A DNA stretch of 64,000 bases from Bacteroidota bacterium (lineage in GTDB: Bacteria > Bacteroidota > Bacteroidia > Bacteroidales > SKPS01): NCBI GenBank assembly GCA_022709695.1, contig JAKLII010000002.1, positions 90,955 to 154,954 on the forward strand, written 5' to 3'. This document shows, one piece after another, positions 26,764 through 36,596 of this stretch (positions are counted from its first letter, which is position 1; every line of letters begins with the position of its first letter). The notes beneath the pieces are model-generated. The model did not search any database. It was given only the letters and a program-made list of their open reading frames with translations, and was not told where the DNA came from. The position numbers were made by a program, and so were the translations under genes.

Positions 26764-28956
26764 TTATTTCACAGTGAACTTGATGGTGCGGGAGGTTCCG
26801 CCAAAATCGGCCCTTAAAATATACACTCCGGCAGGCAGGCTGGTCACATCAACCTGATGCTGATGTTCTCCAACGGGCATGGTTCCAAGTTCGGCCGAAG
26901 AGACTCTTTCGCCAAGGAGGTTGAGGACTTCCATCCTAACATTGCAGGATTTCACCAGCATAAACTCAATGTTGGTAACATTCTCGGCAGGGTTGGGATA
27001 GAGGGCAGCAAAGTCTCCGTTCAGCTGTTGCTCCTCGATAGCATCTACAAAACCAAGATGGTATTCAGCAGCATTTAAAATAGGCCTCTGGTTCGGATCA
27101 GAATTGTATTTCTGCACAAGGAAGACCACTTTCAGACGGTTGGGGTTGATCCCGGAAGGTACCGTATAGGTATACTGCTTATTGAAAATGTCATTTTTAT
27201 TAACCGTTGCAGGAATTACGCCTGAGGTGCCCCACGGACCACCCAGCATTGCGCGTAATACATGCCTGTGCTTGTACCCAATAATGGGATTGCCGGCACC
27301 ATAATAAGGGTGACCTGCAACGGTGTTGTAATAGTTTGCCTGATTATAGGCAGAACCGGTTCCGGTAACACTGTCCTCAACGATGTATGCATTTACCCTG
27401 AAATCTCCTGAAGCACCAGAATAGAATTTGGCGGACATTTCAATGGTGATCACCTTTCCGGCGCCATAGGTCGCAGTTCCGGTTACAAGAACAGGTACAA
27501 TGTCATTCAGCCTTTCAGCGGTTTTTGCTGCCCAAACCGACCTTGACATCCCAACAGCTGCCTGATCAGGGAAAAGCACCCTGTCAACATAGCCGTTTGG
27601 ATATCCCTGCGCATAGGCACTGTTTACGGCGTTGCCATCGGTAAACGCCATTCCGTCGCCATTATGAATAGCTACACCTATGGTTTTTCCGGGGTTATTG
27701 GCCAGAATGCCAGCCAGTACAACGGATCCATCAGGGCAATACTGGCACCATGCTCCGGTAGCCTGCTCAATTACAACTGTTTTTGCTACGATCGTATCGA
27801 AAATTGAAACCACCTTGCTCAGGGTGTCATTTGTGTTGTCAGCGTCCGTCTGTCCATTTGGACTTGCAGCCCAGACCTTGATGGTGAAGTTTCCGGTGGT
27901 TGAGGGGGTCCAGTTAATATTATGGGTAAAGGCATAGGTCTGATTGGTCGTAGTGGACAATCCTGTTACATTCTGGGTCTGGACAGGACCGTTATCGACC
28001 TGGTAGTTAAGGCTGACATCGTTCAGGGTGATCAGTCCCTTATTCTTGATTACACCCTTGATCTGCATCGGATTATTAACCACTGCATTGGTTGGGAAAG
28101 TAAGGCTCTCCATGGCTACATCGAATGAATCGGGCTGAATGGAAGCCAGGTCATAGCCAAAAAGGACGGCATTCTGAACGACACCGCCGAGTGTAACCGT
28201 ACCAGGAATAAGATTGGGGGTGATAAACAGGCCACCACCACTGGTAGCTCCTGTGGGATTTACATCGTCGGCGGTGTAATGCATCAGACCTGTTGACAAA
28301 CCAGTTGTCACACTAATCTGGTGGATTTCAGCAGGAAAACTTCCGCCGGTTATAATCCAAATGTATGGACCACCTGGAGTAACCGTATCGAACGCAGAAC
28401 CAGCCATAGAGGTCTGGCCATGGACTGTAGAGAGAATAGTTTGCATCACAGCACCTGTAGTTTTATTGAGGAGCACCAGATTTGAGCCCCAGGCCCCTAC
28501 CCAGAGCCCATCGTTGATCGGGTCGTAGCAGATGTTACGTGCAGTTACACCAGTTGCAGAAGAAGGGATTGTGATAGTACTCACCAATGTCTGAGTGCTA
28601 AAATCCATCTTATAGATGGCTGATGCATTGGCACCTCCGTAAAAATAGGTCCCGTCATATGCAAGATCCCTGATAGCAGAAACTCCGGTAATTTTGAAAG
28701 AAGATACGAGTACACCGGCGGTAGTATATTTCCAGATGGTATCGCCATTCCACTTTGTAACATAGATATGGGTTCCATCGGATTCAGCACCATAGGATCC
28801 ACTTTGTGAGATCGTAGTATGGGCAAACTGTGCAACCCATGCTTTTGAGCTTACGGGTTTAATGCCATTGAAAGGCACATTGGAGGATTCAGACTGGGCA
28901 TTCAGCAGCATGCCGAAAACCGTTACCAAGAGCAAGGTACATAGAATTCTTTTCAT
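26764..28956 (-). CDS. T9SS cargo protein: N-terminal beta-propeller-like region, CARDB-like Ig domain, CxxC thioredoxin-like (Omp28-related) domain, T9SS CTD
   Basis: 730 aa with a signal peptide (MLLNAQS). CARDB-like segment (MQIKGVIKNKGLITLNDVSLNYQVDNGPV...NTNDT). Thioredoxin-like segment VVIEQATGAWCQYCPDG...GYPNGYVDR...YKHRHVLRAMLGGPWG. CTD LYPNPAENVTNIEF...GVYILRADFGGTSRTIKFTVK. Confidence 0.65.
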   Translation of the reverse strand: MKRILCTLLLVTVFGMLLNAQSESSNVPFNGIKPVSSKAWVAQFAHTTISQSGSYGAESDGTHIYVTKWNGDTIWKYTTAGVLVSSFKITGVSAIRDLAYDGTYFYGGANASAIYKMDFSTQTLVSTITIPSSATGVTARNICYDPINDGLWVGAWGSNLVLLNKTTGAVMQTILSTVHGQTSMAGSAFDTVTPGGPYIWIITGGSFPAEIHQISVTTGLSTGLMHYTADDVNPTGATSGGGLFITPNLIPGTVTLGGVVQNAVLFGYDLASIQPDSFDVAMESLTFPTNAVVNNPMQIKGVIKNKGLITLNDVSLNYQVDNGPVQTQNVTGLSTTTNQTYAFTHNINWTPSTTGNFTIKVWAASPNGQTDADNTNDTLSKVVSIFDTIVAKTVVIEQATGAWCQYCPDGSVVLAGILANNPGKTIGVAIHNGDGMAFTDGNAVNSAYAQGYPNGYVDRVLFPDQAAVGMSRSVWAAKTAERLNDIVPVLVTGTATYGAGKVITIEMSAKFYSGASGDFRVNAYIVEDSVTGTGSAYNQANYYNTVAGHPYYGAGNPIIGYKHRHVLRAMLGGPWGTSGVIPATVNKNDIFNKQYTYTVPSGINPNRLKVVFLVQKYNSDPNQRPILNAAEYHLGFVDAIEEQQLNGDFAALYPNPAENVTNIEFMLVKSCNVRMEVLNLLGERVSSAELGTMPVGEHQHQVDVTSLPAGVYILRADFGGTSRTIKFTVK

Positions 28957-28991
28957 AGAACTTGTGTTGTTTTGGTTAATAAATGATTGTA

Positions 28992-31010
28992 TTACTGAAT
29001 AATGAGTTTTGATGATTCGGAGTGGTTAAAACCGGAGAGGCGAACAAAATACAAACCCTTAGCCAGGTTGGTCAGATCAAATTCATTTTGAAAAACCCCT
29101 ACTGAAGTGGCATTTCTGGATAAGGTGCGGATGGTCTTTCCTGAAGAAGAGATCAGCTCCAACGTAACCATGCCCGGTTCTGCAACGAGGTACTGTACCT
29201 GGGTCGATTCTTTTGCAGGGTTCGGGAACAGTCCAAGGATATGTTTCTGTGAGGTGCTTTCATCAATGCTGTTGGTTTGGGTGGAAATGGCTGACTGCAA
29301 CACCTTTTTGGTTGCATCATCCTGTACAAAAACCACCACCTGCAGGTTGCTGAAGTTTTCGATATTGTTGGTTGTGGGGAATGTATATGTACGTGTGATG
29401 GTTTTAAAAACCGCCTTCTGGAGCTGCCCGAGATTTACCCCTGCTGCATCAGGGATGAATTTGCGGAAGGTGTTGTAGAAGATGGTTTCACCGTTGGATC
29501 CCACATTGCCGGTTGTGGTTTTTTCCACTACGGCAACCCTCAATACCAGGGTACCGGAAGTATAATTCTCAAAGGGCAGCACCGATGCTGTTACCGAAAA
29601 TGTGTTTCCAACCCTGGTGTGGGTAGGATTGAACATCATATAGGATTTGTCCCAGAGGTCATTATACTGGATTGTATCGATATAGGTAGGGTCAACGATG
29701 TTGCCGTTCACATACATATCCGGTAGTGAATCAACCTCGTAGTAGGTAGCCCGTGTACCCCCTTCGGCGGTATAGTAAGGATCGCCTGCATCGGGGTAGT
29801 TCATGGCGTATTTGATTAAGGCGTAATCATTCGGATATTTATCCAGAACGGATTTAAGGTTGATGTTGCCGTCTTTACAGGGGATGCAGGATGAAGAGGT
29901 AAACTCCTCAAAGAGCCGGAGCTTGGGAGTAAAGGCATTGGAAACCTCCACAATCTTGAACATGGTATCGTTGCTGTGATTTTCATCGCCACCCCCATTG
30001 ATGTTGGAAGCCCAGTATTTAAAGTGGTACACTCCAGTATCAGGGGGCATCCAGATGCTGTCGTGGATAAACCACTCTTCACCATAGGCCGGAATGTCAT
30101 AGGCAGCACCTGTAAGGTTACAGGTTTTCACAGGGCCATTGTTCACGCTGTAGTTCATATCATAACTGGTAACTGCAGTTCCGGTGTAATTTTTTACTTT
30201 TCCTTTCACATCAAAGGGGCCTGCATTGAGGATCACGAAGTTGCTCATCTGCAACCAGGAAACTCCAAGATCGCGGGAGGGGGGAGAGCCTTTGATGAAT
30301 GTATAGTATTTATTATCTACGGCCGTTTTGCTTTGACCGGCCACGGTGCCAAGATTAGGGGAACCGTTAACCATGACAGCAGTAGTTCCGTTTATCTGTA
30401 ACCCAATGGTCAGGGTAGGCTGGCAGAAGCCCTTGTCTGAACAACGCTGATCGACCACATAGATGTTGTTGGTAGTCTCCTCAAGCACGATACTGTAATA
30501 AAGATAGCACCACTGGGTATTATATCCAGGGATGTTATAGGTGTTGAACTGGATCCAGTGCTGCCGGTTGGGAGCGACCCCGAAGGTTTTGGTTACAATA
30601 CGGTCGTTGCAGTTTGGTCCGCCGGTCCAGGAAACTCCCCATACGCAAACCGATTTGTCGGGGATCCCGGGATCCGGTAAAATGTTATTGGAGGAACCCG
30701 GAGGGCTTCCGGCAGTAGTTGTAAAGGTTAAAACCCCGGTATTTGATACCAGGTACTGGGTTACAGGAGCCCCGTTGAACTGGAAGGTAAAAGGGATGTT
30801 CTGCACGGCAGTCCATGCAGGAGAAGCATTCATAGGGTCAATATTCGTCCAGCCCGGCATCAGTCCGTCTCCGAAGGGTTCCTCGGTATTGGCATTCAGG
30901 TTACCGGGGTTACCGGATGGATTGATGTTTGCAGGAATGTAATAATACTGGGACCATACACTTCCCAACAGTAACACATTCATTGCCAGAAAAAGTAATA
31001 ATCTTTTCAT
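28992..31010 (-). CDS. T9SS cargo protein: unknown N-terminal domain, CARDB-like domain, CxxC thioredoxin-like (Omp28-related) domain, T9SS CTD
   Basis: I set the start at MKRLLLFLAMNVLLLGSVWSQ (31010). The ORF-track start at 31049 adds 13 non-signal residues. CARDB-like segment (FDVKGKVKNYTGTAVTSYDMNYSVNNGPV...HSNDT). Thioredoxin-like segment LRLFEEFTSSSCIPCKDG...LPDMYVNG. CTD LFPNPAKESTQVQY...GLYFVRLSGFNHSESSKLIIQ. Confidence 0.65.
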   Translation of the reverse strand: MKRLLLFLAMNVLLLGSVWSQYYYIPANINPSGNPGNLNANTEEPFGDGLMPGWTNIDPMNASPAWTAVQNIPFTFQFNGAPVTQYLVSNTGVLTFTTTAGSPPGSSNNILPDPGIPDKSVCVWGVSWTGGPNCNDRIVTKTFGVAPNRQHWIQFNTYNIPGYNTQWCYLYYSIVLEETTNNIYVVDQRCSDKGFCQPTLTIGLQINGTTAVMVNGSPNLGTVAGQSKTAVDNKYYTFIKGSPPSRDLGVSWLQMSNFVILNAGPFDVKGKVKNYTGTAVTSYDMNYSVNNGPVKTCNLTGAAYDIPAYGEEWFIHDSIWMPPDTGVYHFKYWASNINGGGDENHSNDTMFKIVEVSNAFTPKLRLFEEFTSSSCIPCKDGNINLKSVLDKYPNDYALIKYAMNYPDAGDPYYTAEGGTRATYYEVDSLPDMYVNGNIVDPTYIDTIQYNDLWDKSYMMFNPTHTRVGNTFSVTASVLPFENYTSGTLVLRVAVVEKTTTGNVGSNGETIFYNTFRKFIPDAAGVNLGQLQKAVFKTITRTYTFPTTNNIENFSNLQVVVFVQDDATKKVLQSAISTQTNSIDESTSQKHILGLFPNPAKESTQVQYLVAEPGMVTLELISSSGKTIRTLSRNATSVGVFQNEFDLTNLAKGLYFVRLSGFNHSESSKLIIQ

Positions 31011-31166
31011 ATTTCGGAAATTTTGGGGTGCAATGTACAAATAATACACATCAACGATACAAAAAAATCAAAATTAAAAAGCACTGTAAATCAATACATA
31101 ATTTTAGCAAATGGGTTTAGTGACCCGGAAAGGAAACTGCACCCGTTTCATCATTCATTAAATCTC

Positions 31167-31174
31167 TATATTTG
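31167..31174 (+). promoter_or_regulatory. Candidate -7 box (TATATTTG) for the TlpA-like/barrel/Omp28-like operon
   Basis: Exact TAnnTTTG match 42 nt upstream of ATG 31216. Upstream there is only an imperfect TTTC at 17-nt spacing. Confidence 0.3.
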
Positions 31175-31215
31175 TCAGGAATTTCAAACCCGCTACCCTT
31201 AAAGAACAGAATAAA

Positions 31216-31722
31216 ATGAGACAATCACTGTTTATGCTTATGGTGCTTTTAGTCTGGGCAGGTAACCTGAATGCCCAGGATACCACAAAAGTACAAACAT
31301 CCGACATTCCCTCTGCGGAAATCCGAACCCTCGACGACAAAATTGTGAACGCGAGGGACATTTTAAATGACACTGTACCGATAGTTGTTTCATTCTGGGC
31401 AACATGGTGCAAACCCTGCATCAAGGAACTTACAGCGATCAATGATGAGATGGATACCTGGAAGGAGGAAGTTCCGTTCAGGATGGTGGCCGTATCCATT
31501 GATGATGCAAGAACAACCCACATGGTTAAGAACCTGGTAAACAGCAAGGGATGGACCTTTGAAGTGTACCTTGACCGCAACAGTGATCTTAAAAAGCTGA
31601 TGAATGTAGCCCAGCCGCCCCACATCTTCATTATATACAAAGGGAGGATCGTATATCAGCACACCTCTTATGCAGAGGGAGATGAAGAAGCATTGTTTGA
31701 AGAGTTAAAGAAATATAGGTAG
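31216..31722 (+). CDS. TlpA/ResA-like periplasmic thiol:disulfide oxidoreductase (thioredoxin fold)
   Basis: 168 aa with a signal peptide (VWAGNLNAQ). The motif VVSFWATWCKPCIKELTAIN carries a WCxxC active site, in the TlpA/AhpC-TSA-like layout. Confidence 0.8.
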   Translation: MRQSLFMLMVLLVWAGNLNAQDTTKVQTSDIPSAEIRTLDDKIVNARDILNDTVPIVVSFWATWCKPCIKELTAINDEMDTWKEEVPFRMVAVSIDDARTTHMVKNLVNSKGWTFEVYLDRNSDLKKLMNVAQPPHIFIIYKGRIVYQHTSYAEGDEEALFEELKKYR

Positions 31723-31756
31723 GACTTTTTTTTTATCAACCAAAATTCACTGATTT

Positions 31757-33418
31757 ATGCCGGCAAGATACTGGATGGCACTGATATTTCTGATGGTATT
31801 TACATCGGGATTGAAAGCACAGTTAACAGGGGGAACCATCAAGGGGAGTTTTCAAACTGATTTTCAGTACTATCAGGATGATTCCATACTGGGAATCAAT
31901 GATTCGACATTGCAGGGAAGGAGAACCGGATCGAACACCTTTCTGAATCTTACCTACAGCAGCAATAATTTAGAGGCCGGGTTAAGGATGGAGAGTTTCC
32001 TTCCGTCGATGACCGGATATGACCAGCGGTACACCGGGGCCGGCATTCCGTACAAGTATCTGAGGTTCCATGATGACATCTGGGATATAACAGCAGGTAA
32101 CTTTTATGAGCAGTTCGGTAACGGGATGGTATTCAGAAGCTACCAGGACTGGACTCTTGGGATCGACAATTCCGTAGAGGGAATCCGGATCAAGAGCAAG
32201 CCCTTTAAAGGGGTGTTTATCACGGCTATATCCGGTGTACAACGGTATTACTGGGATCGGTGGGACAAGGATGATGACCGTGGGATCATTACAGGAGCAG
32301 ATGCCGAAGTTGATCTGAATGATGCTCTTCCATTTTTTGGTAAGAAAGTCAAAGTGATTGCCGGGGGAAGTTTTATCACAAAAAGCCAGAAAGACAATCA
32401 TCCCGTTTACAAGGTACCCAAACAGGTGGCCGCCTTTGCGGGGAGGCTGAATCTTTCTTATGGCCCGGTAACGCTTCTGGGTGAGTATGCCTATAAAATC
32501 AACGATCCATCGGCAGAAAACGGAATGATCTACAAACCAGGAGAGGCCATTTTCCTGCAGGCTTCCTATGCCGTTAAAGGATTTTCTTTCTCTGCCGGGG
32601 TAAAGCGGCTTGACAACATGGGTTTCAGGAGCGACCGTAATGCAGGATTGAATGATCTGACGATTAATTATCTGCCTTCCATTACCAAACAACACATTAA
32701 CAGTTTGCCTGCAAAATATCCCTATGCCACTCAGGTTCAGGGAGAAATGGGATTTTCCCTCAACCTTGGTTACAAAATCAAAAAGGGGACATGGCTGGGG
32801 GGTAAATATGGCACTGACCTGTCGGCAACCTTTTCAAGACTCACAGATATCACCCGTCTTCCTTTAGACAGCATTACTCCGGTCGGACAGGCGGGCACCC
32901 TTGGATATACCACCGATTTTTTCAGGAGCGGTGAAAAATTCTTCGAAGATATCTCTCTTGAACTGCAGCGGAAAATCACCAAAGACCTGAAAATATCCTT
33001 TATCTATGCCTGGATATTTTACAATATCGGAGTAATTGAAGGGCATCTGGGCGAAGAGAATGTGGTTTCGCACAATGCGGTGGCAGATATCACCTGGAAA
33101 GTCACCTCCAGAAAAGCACTGCGGTTTGAAGTACAACACCTTCTTACCCATGAGGATGACGGTGACTGGATGGCAGGGCTGATAGAATTCACCCATCACG
33201 GATTTTTCGCCTCGGTGAGCGACCAGTGGAATTACGGCAACCCGGAGGCTTCAAAACAGATCCATTACCTGATGGTTGCATGCGGATTGTCCAAAGGTGC
33301 CACCCGGATTGCAGCCTCATACGGCAGGCAGAACGACGGGATTCTCTGCATTGGAGGCGTTTGCAGGTACGTTCCTGCTATCAGTGGTTTCTCAGTAACC
33401 CTTACTTCATCATTTTAA
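31757..33418 (+). CDS. Outer-membrane beta-barrel protein of unknown function (I recall similar proteins annotated DUF6029; unverified)
   Basis: 553 aa with a signal peptide (SGLKAQ). It shows an alternating aromatic/glycine strand pattern and a terminal Phe (VTLTSSF), typical of BAM substrates. Confidence 0.45.
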   Translation: MPARYWMALIFLMVFTSGLKAQLTGGTIKGSFQTDFQYYQDDSILGINDSTLQGRRTGSNTFLNLTYSSNNLEAGLRMESFLPSMTGYDQRYTGAGIPYKYLRFHDDIWDITAGNFYEQFGNGMVFRSYQDWTLGIDNSVEGIRIKSKPFKGVFITAISGVQRYYWDRWDKDDDRGIITGADAEVDLNDALPFFGKKVKVIAGGSFITKSQKDNHPVYKVPKQVAAFAGRLNLSYGPVTLLGEYAYKINDPSAENGMIYKPGEAIFLQASYAVKGFSFSAGVKRLDNMGFRSDRNAGLNDLTINYLPSITKQHINSLPAKYPYATQVQGEMGFSLNLGYKIKKGTWLGGKYGTDLSATFSRLTDITRLPLDSITPVGQAGTLGYTTDFFRSGEKFFEDISLELQRKITKDLKISFIYAWIFYNIGVIEGHLGEENVVSHNAVADITWKVTSRKALRFEVQHLLTHEDDGDWMAGLIEFTHHGFFASVSDQWNYGNPEASKQIHYLMVACGLSKGATRIAASYGRQNDGILCIGGVCRYVPAISGFSVTLTSSF

Positions 33419-33435
33419 AAGACCGGATCGAAATT

Positions 33436-34281
33436 ATGAAAATAAGAAATTCCATTTTTCTGACGTCAGGCCTGATGGCTGTTGGAATTGCAGTGTTCTT
33501 TATGGCATGTGAGGTACTGGATGCCCCCTACAAAAAGGACAATATAGTGATCCAGAGCGAACGGAAGGTGTTGCTTGAGGATTACACCAGCCATGAGTGT
33601 GTGAATTGCCCTACTGCCGGAAAGGTCTCTCATGAACTTCTGGATATATACGGAGACAATGTGGTGGTTATAGCTGTACATGCAGGGCAATTATCTAAGA
33701 TACTGATACCTCCCTGTACCTATAATTTCACCACTGCTACGGGTGATCTCTGGTGTTCGTATTTTGAAGTGGAAAACCAGGGATTCCCCAATGGGCTTGT
33801 CAACCGGAAAGAGCGAAGTGGCAGCAAGATTATCCCTTACAACAACTGGTTTACGGTCGTAGCGGAGGAGCTGGCGCAACCAGCAGAGGCTGAATTATTG
33901 CTCGAAGCTGATTTCACTCCTTCCACGAGGGAAATCGAGGTGCAGTTTTCTTCCAACATCAAATCCCCGGTTCCGGGTGAAAAATATTATGTTACCATTG
34001 TCCTTACTGAGGACAGTATCATTAAACCACAGAAAAACAACAATGCCACTGTGGGTACAACACCTGTGATTATGGATTACAAGCACATGCATGTGCTCCG
34101 GACCAACATCACTGATCATTGGGGGCTGGAGGTTAATCCATCGATCATTGACACCCGGACTGTTAAAAGGACGCTGCCCGAAGGATACGATTATTTACCT
34201 GAGAAGTGTCATATCGTAGCCTTCATCAGCAATGCCAACAGGGAGGTGCTGCAGGCGGAGGAGATCAAACTTCTCCCGTAA
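33436..34281 (+). CDS. Omp28-related lipoprotein with a CxxC thioredoxin-like domain
   Basis: I set the start at ATG 33436 (MKIRNSIFLTSGLMAVGIAVFFMAC, signal peptide plus lipobox). The ORF-track start at 33226 overlaps the barrel gene. Motifs: VLLEDYTSHECVNCPTAG...FPNGLVNRKE...YKHMHVLRTNITDHWG. Confidence 0.65.
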   Translation: MKIRNSIFLTSGLMAVGIAVFFMACEVLDAPYKKDNIVIQSERKVLLEDYTSHECVNCPTAGKVSHELLDIYGDNVVVIAVHAGQLSKILIPPCTYNFTTATGDLWCSYFEVENQGFPNGLVNRKERSGSKIIPYNNWFTVVAEELAQPAEAELLLEADFTPSTREIEVQFSSNIKSPVPGEKYYVTIVLTEDSIIKPQKNNNATVGTTPVIMDYKHMHVLRTNITDHWGLEVNPSIIDTRTVKRTLPEGYDYLPEKCHIVAFISNANREVLQAEEIKLLP

Positions 34282-34313
34282 GACAGGAACAGAAAGCTAA
34301 GGCCTGAAGCCGT

Positions 34314-36464
34314 TTACCTGATAATATTCATCTCCTCGATCAGGTTTTTGGCGCCGGCAAATTTATCGATCACAAATAGGACGTAGCGGATATCGCATAC
34401 GATGGTTCGCTGCAATTTCGGGTCAAACTGCAGGTCGGAGCTCATTGCTTCGGAGTTACCATCGAATGCTGTACCGATAAGGTGGCCCTCGCCGTTGATC
34501 ACCGGGCTGCCTGAGTTACCACCGGTGATATCGTTATCTGTGAGGAAGCATACCGGCATTCTGCCATCCAGCCCATAGACCCCAAAATCCTTCTTTGCAA
34601 AGAGCTCTTTGAGTTTTGGGTGTACGTCAAACTCCTCATCTCCGGGAACTTCTTTCTCCATTACCCCATCAAGGTAGGTAAGATAATGGTAATGCACGGC
34701 ATCGCGGGGATCATAGGATAATACTTTTCCGTAGGTAACCCGCATGGAGGAGTTGGCATCGGGATAGTAGGGCCTGGTTTCATTCATTTCACGAATACCC
34801 TGAATATACAGACGGTTGGCATTGCGCAGTTTTTCATCGGTTTGGTGTTGCGCGGTGAGCACACCACGGTACATATCAAGCAGTTGCGACATTACCAGGT
34901 ATGCAGGATCTCCGGTGAGTTTTTTCACAGACGGTTTTTTCAGGAATGCCTGGAAATCCTCTTTAGAGGCAAAGATTGATTTTTTGAAGACGGCATCCGC
35001 ATATTTCTTCCAGTCGCCTTTGTACTTTTTATGCGCTTTCACAAGGAAGTCCGGTTTATAGTCGTCGGAAAGTCCGTTGAAGAGCTGTCCCATCATCGTG
35101 GCAAACAGGGCTTTTTCGATATTTACACTGAAGGCAGCGTACATTCCATCGGCCTGGGTTGACAGTGCCTGGGCAGCCTCTTTGGTGGATTTTCCTTCCT
35201 TGATGCTTCTGAGGAAAGAGGTGCTTTTATAGGCATTGAAAACCACCTTTGGATCTATGAATGATTCAAGAAAATATGCCAATACCTTTTCGTATTCATT
35301 CCGGGAGATGGTGCGGTAGGCTTCATTGATATCGGCAAGCACACTGCCGTAGGTTTTCTTTCTTTCCGGATCGGCATTCACCCATTCTGCGAATAACTTT
35401 TCCTGCTGTTGTTTCTGGTTCACCACGTCAAGGGCAATAAGTGCTTTACGCTGTTCGGCTGACTTTTTCCAGAAGTTACCGAGGTAGGCATAGGAATCAG
35501 CATACATGATTTTAAGTGCCTCATCTGCATCCATATAAGGTTTCATGGCATCCATCTTGGCCCGGCGGAGGTCACGGCCGGCGGGGTCTATCTGATCGAT
35601 ATTCAGTTGGATACCCTGGGAGGTACGGTAGCGGTCCGTAGCCCCCGGGAAGCCCCATATCATAGCAAAATCATTCTCATTCAATCCTTTAAGTGAAACC
35701 GGCAGGTAGTGTTTCGGGGTATAGGGGACATTTTCCTTTGCATAGGGAGCGGGTTTGCCATCGGGGCTGCAATAGACCCTGAAGAGGGTGAAATCACCGG
35801 TATGGCGGGGCCACATCCAGTTATCGGTATCTCCGCCAAATTTTCCGATTGAGGAAGGGGGGGCTCCCACCAGACGGACATCGAGAAAGACTTCATACAC
35901 ATAGAGGTAAAATTCACTTCCGGCGAACATCTCTTTTACTTCTGCCTCATAGTGGGTATCTTTAACGCTTTCTTCTTCAATAACTTCTATGTTGGCAGCA
36001 ATTACAGAATCCCTTTCGGCCATTTTCATGGAGGGTGTAACACCTTTCAGCACCCTGGCGGTTACATCATCAATACGCACCAGAAAGGAGGCTGTCTTTT
36101 TGGGATTTGGGAGCTCTTCCGAGGTTGAGTAAGCCCAGAAACCATCCTTCAGGTAGTTGGCGGAGGGAGTTGAGTGGTCCTGGATTTCACCGTATCCGCA
36201 ATGGTGGTTGGTGAGGAGGAGCCCTTTGGATGAGATTATTTCTCCGGTGCAGGAGCCACGGTCAAGAAGCACGATCGCATCTTTCAGGCTGCTCTTATTA
36301 ACGGCGTACAGCTCTTCAGGGGTAAGTTTAAGGCCGAGGCGCTGCATCTCAGCATAATTCTTTGAGAGAAGGAGCGGGATCCACATTCCCTCATCTGCTT
36401 TCAGGCGTATAAAAGGAGCAGAGAGCAGGGATACCAGCAACAAGAGAACCGTTATTTTTTTCAT
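34314..36464 (-). CDS. S46-family dipeptidyl-peptidase (DPP7/DPP11 type)
   Basis: 716 aa. ADEGMWIP directly after the signal peptide. Catalytic His context LLLTNHHCG. Catalytic Ser context ITGGNSGSPVINGEGHLIGTAFDGN. Confidence 0.9.
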   Translation of the reverse strand: MKKITVLLLLVSLLSAPFIRLKADEGMWIPLLLSKNYAEMQRLGLKLTPEELYAVNKSSLKDAIVLLDRGSCTGEIISSKGLLLTNHHCGYGEIQDHSTPSANYLKDGFWAYSTSEELPNPKKTASFLVRIDDVTARVLKGVTPSMKMAERDSVIAANIEVIEEESVKDTHYEAEVKEMFAGSEFYLYVYEVFLDVRLVGAPPSSIGKFGGDTDNWMWPRHTGDFTLFRVYCSPDGKPAPYAKENVPYTPKHYLPVSLKGLNENDFAMIWGFPGATDRYRTSQGIQLNIDQIDPAGRDLRRAKMDAMKPYMDADEALKIMYADSYAYLGNFWKKSAEQRKALIALDVVNQKQQQEKLFAEWVNADPERKKTYGSVLADINEAYRTISRNEYEKVLAYFLESFIDPKVVFNAYKSTSFLRSIKEGKSTKEAAQALSTQADGMYAAFSVNIEKALFATMMGQLFNGLSDDYKPDFLVKAHKKYKGDWKKYADAVFKKSIFASKEDFQAFLKKPSVKKLTGDPAYLVMSQLLDMYRGVLTAQHQTDEKLRNANRLYIQGIREMNETRPYYPDANSSMRVTYGKVLSYDPRDAVHYHYLTYLDGVMEKEVPGDEEFDVHPKLKELFAKKDFGVYGLDGRMPVCFLTDNDITGGNSGSPVINGEGHLIGTAFDGNSEAMSSDLQFDPKLQRTIVCDIRYVLFVIDKFAGAKNLIEEMNIIR

Positions 36465-36596
36465 ATCAATCTGATTATAAATTAATTGAATTTTGATTCA
36501 GGGGTCAATATCCAGATAAGTTACGCTAATCCAAAGGTGGGCAAAGATAGGGAATCCTTTGCGAATGACAATTGTCGAAAAAAGGGATGAATAATA

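Noticed and set aside
31158-31662. 160-aa and 90-aa minus-strand ORFs overlapping the TlpA-like gene
   Set aside because: The plus-strand frame has a signal peptide and a WCxxC thioredoxin motif. The antisense products have no features.
31982-32695. 237-aa ORF antisense to the 553-aa barrel gene
   Set aside because: It is a shadow ORF within a gene that has a signal peptide, a beta-strand periodicity and a terminal Phe on the plus strand.
33226-33435. 70-codon N-terminal extension of the Omp28-related lipoprotein ORF
   Set aside because: The extension overlaps the 3' end of the barrel gene and encodes an Arg/Cys-rich sequence. ATG 33436 gives a textbook lipoprotein signal peptide.
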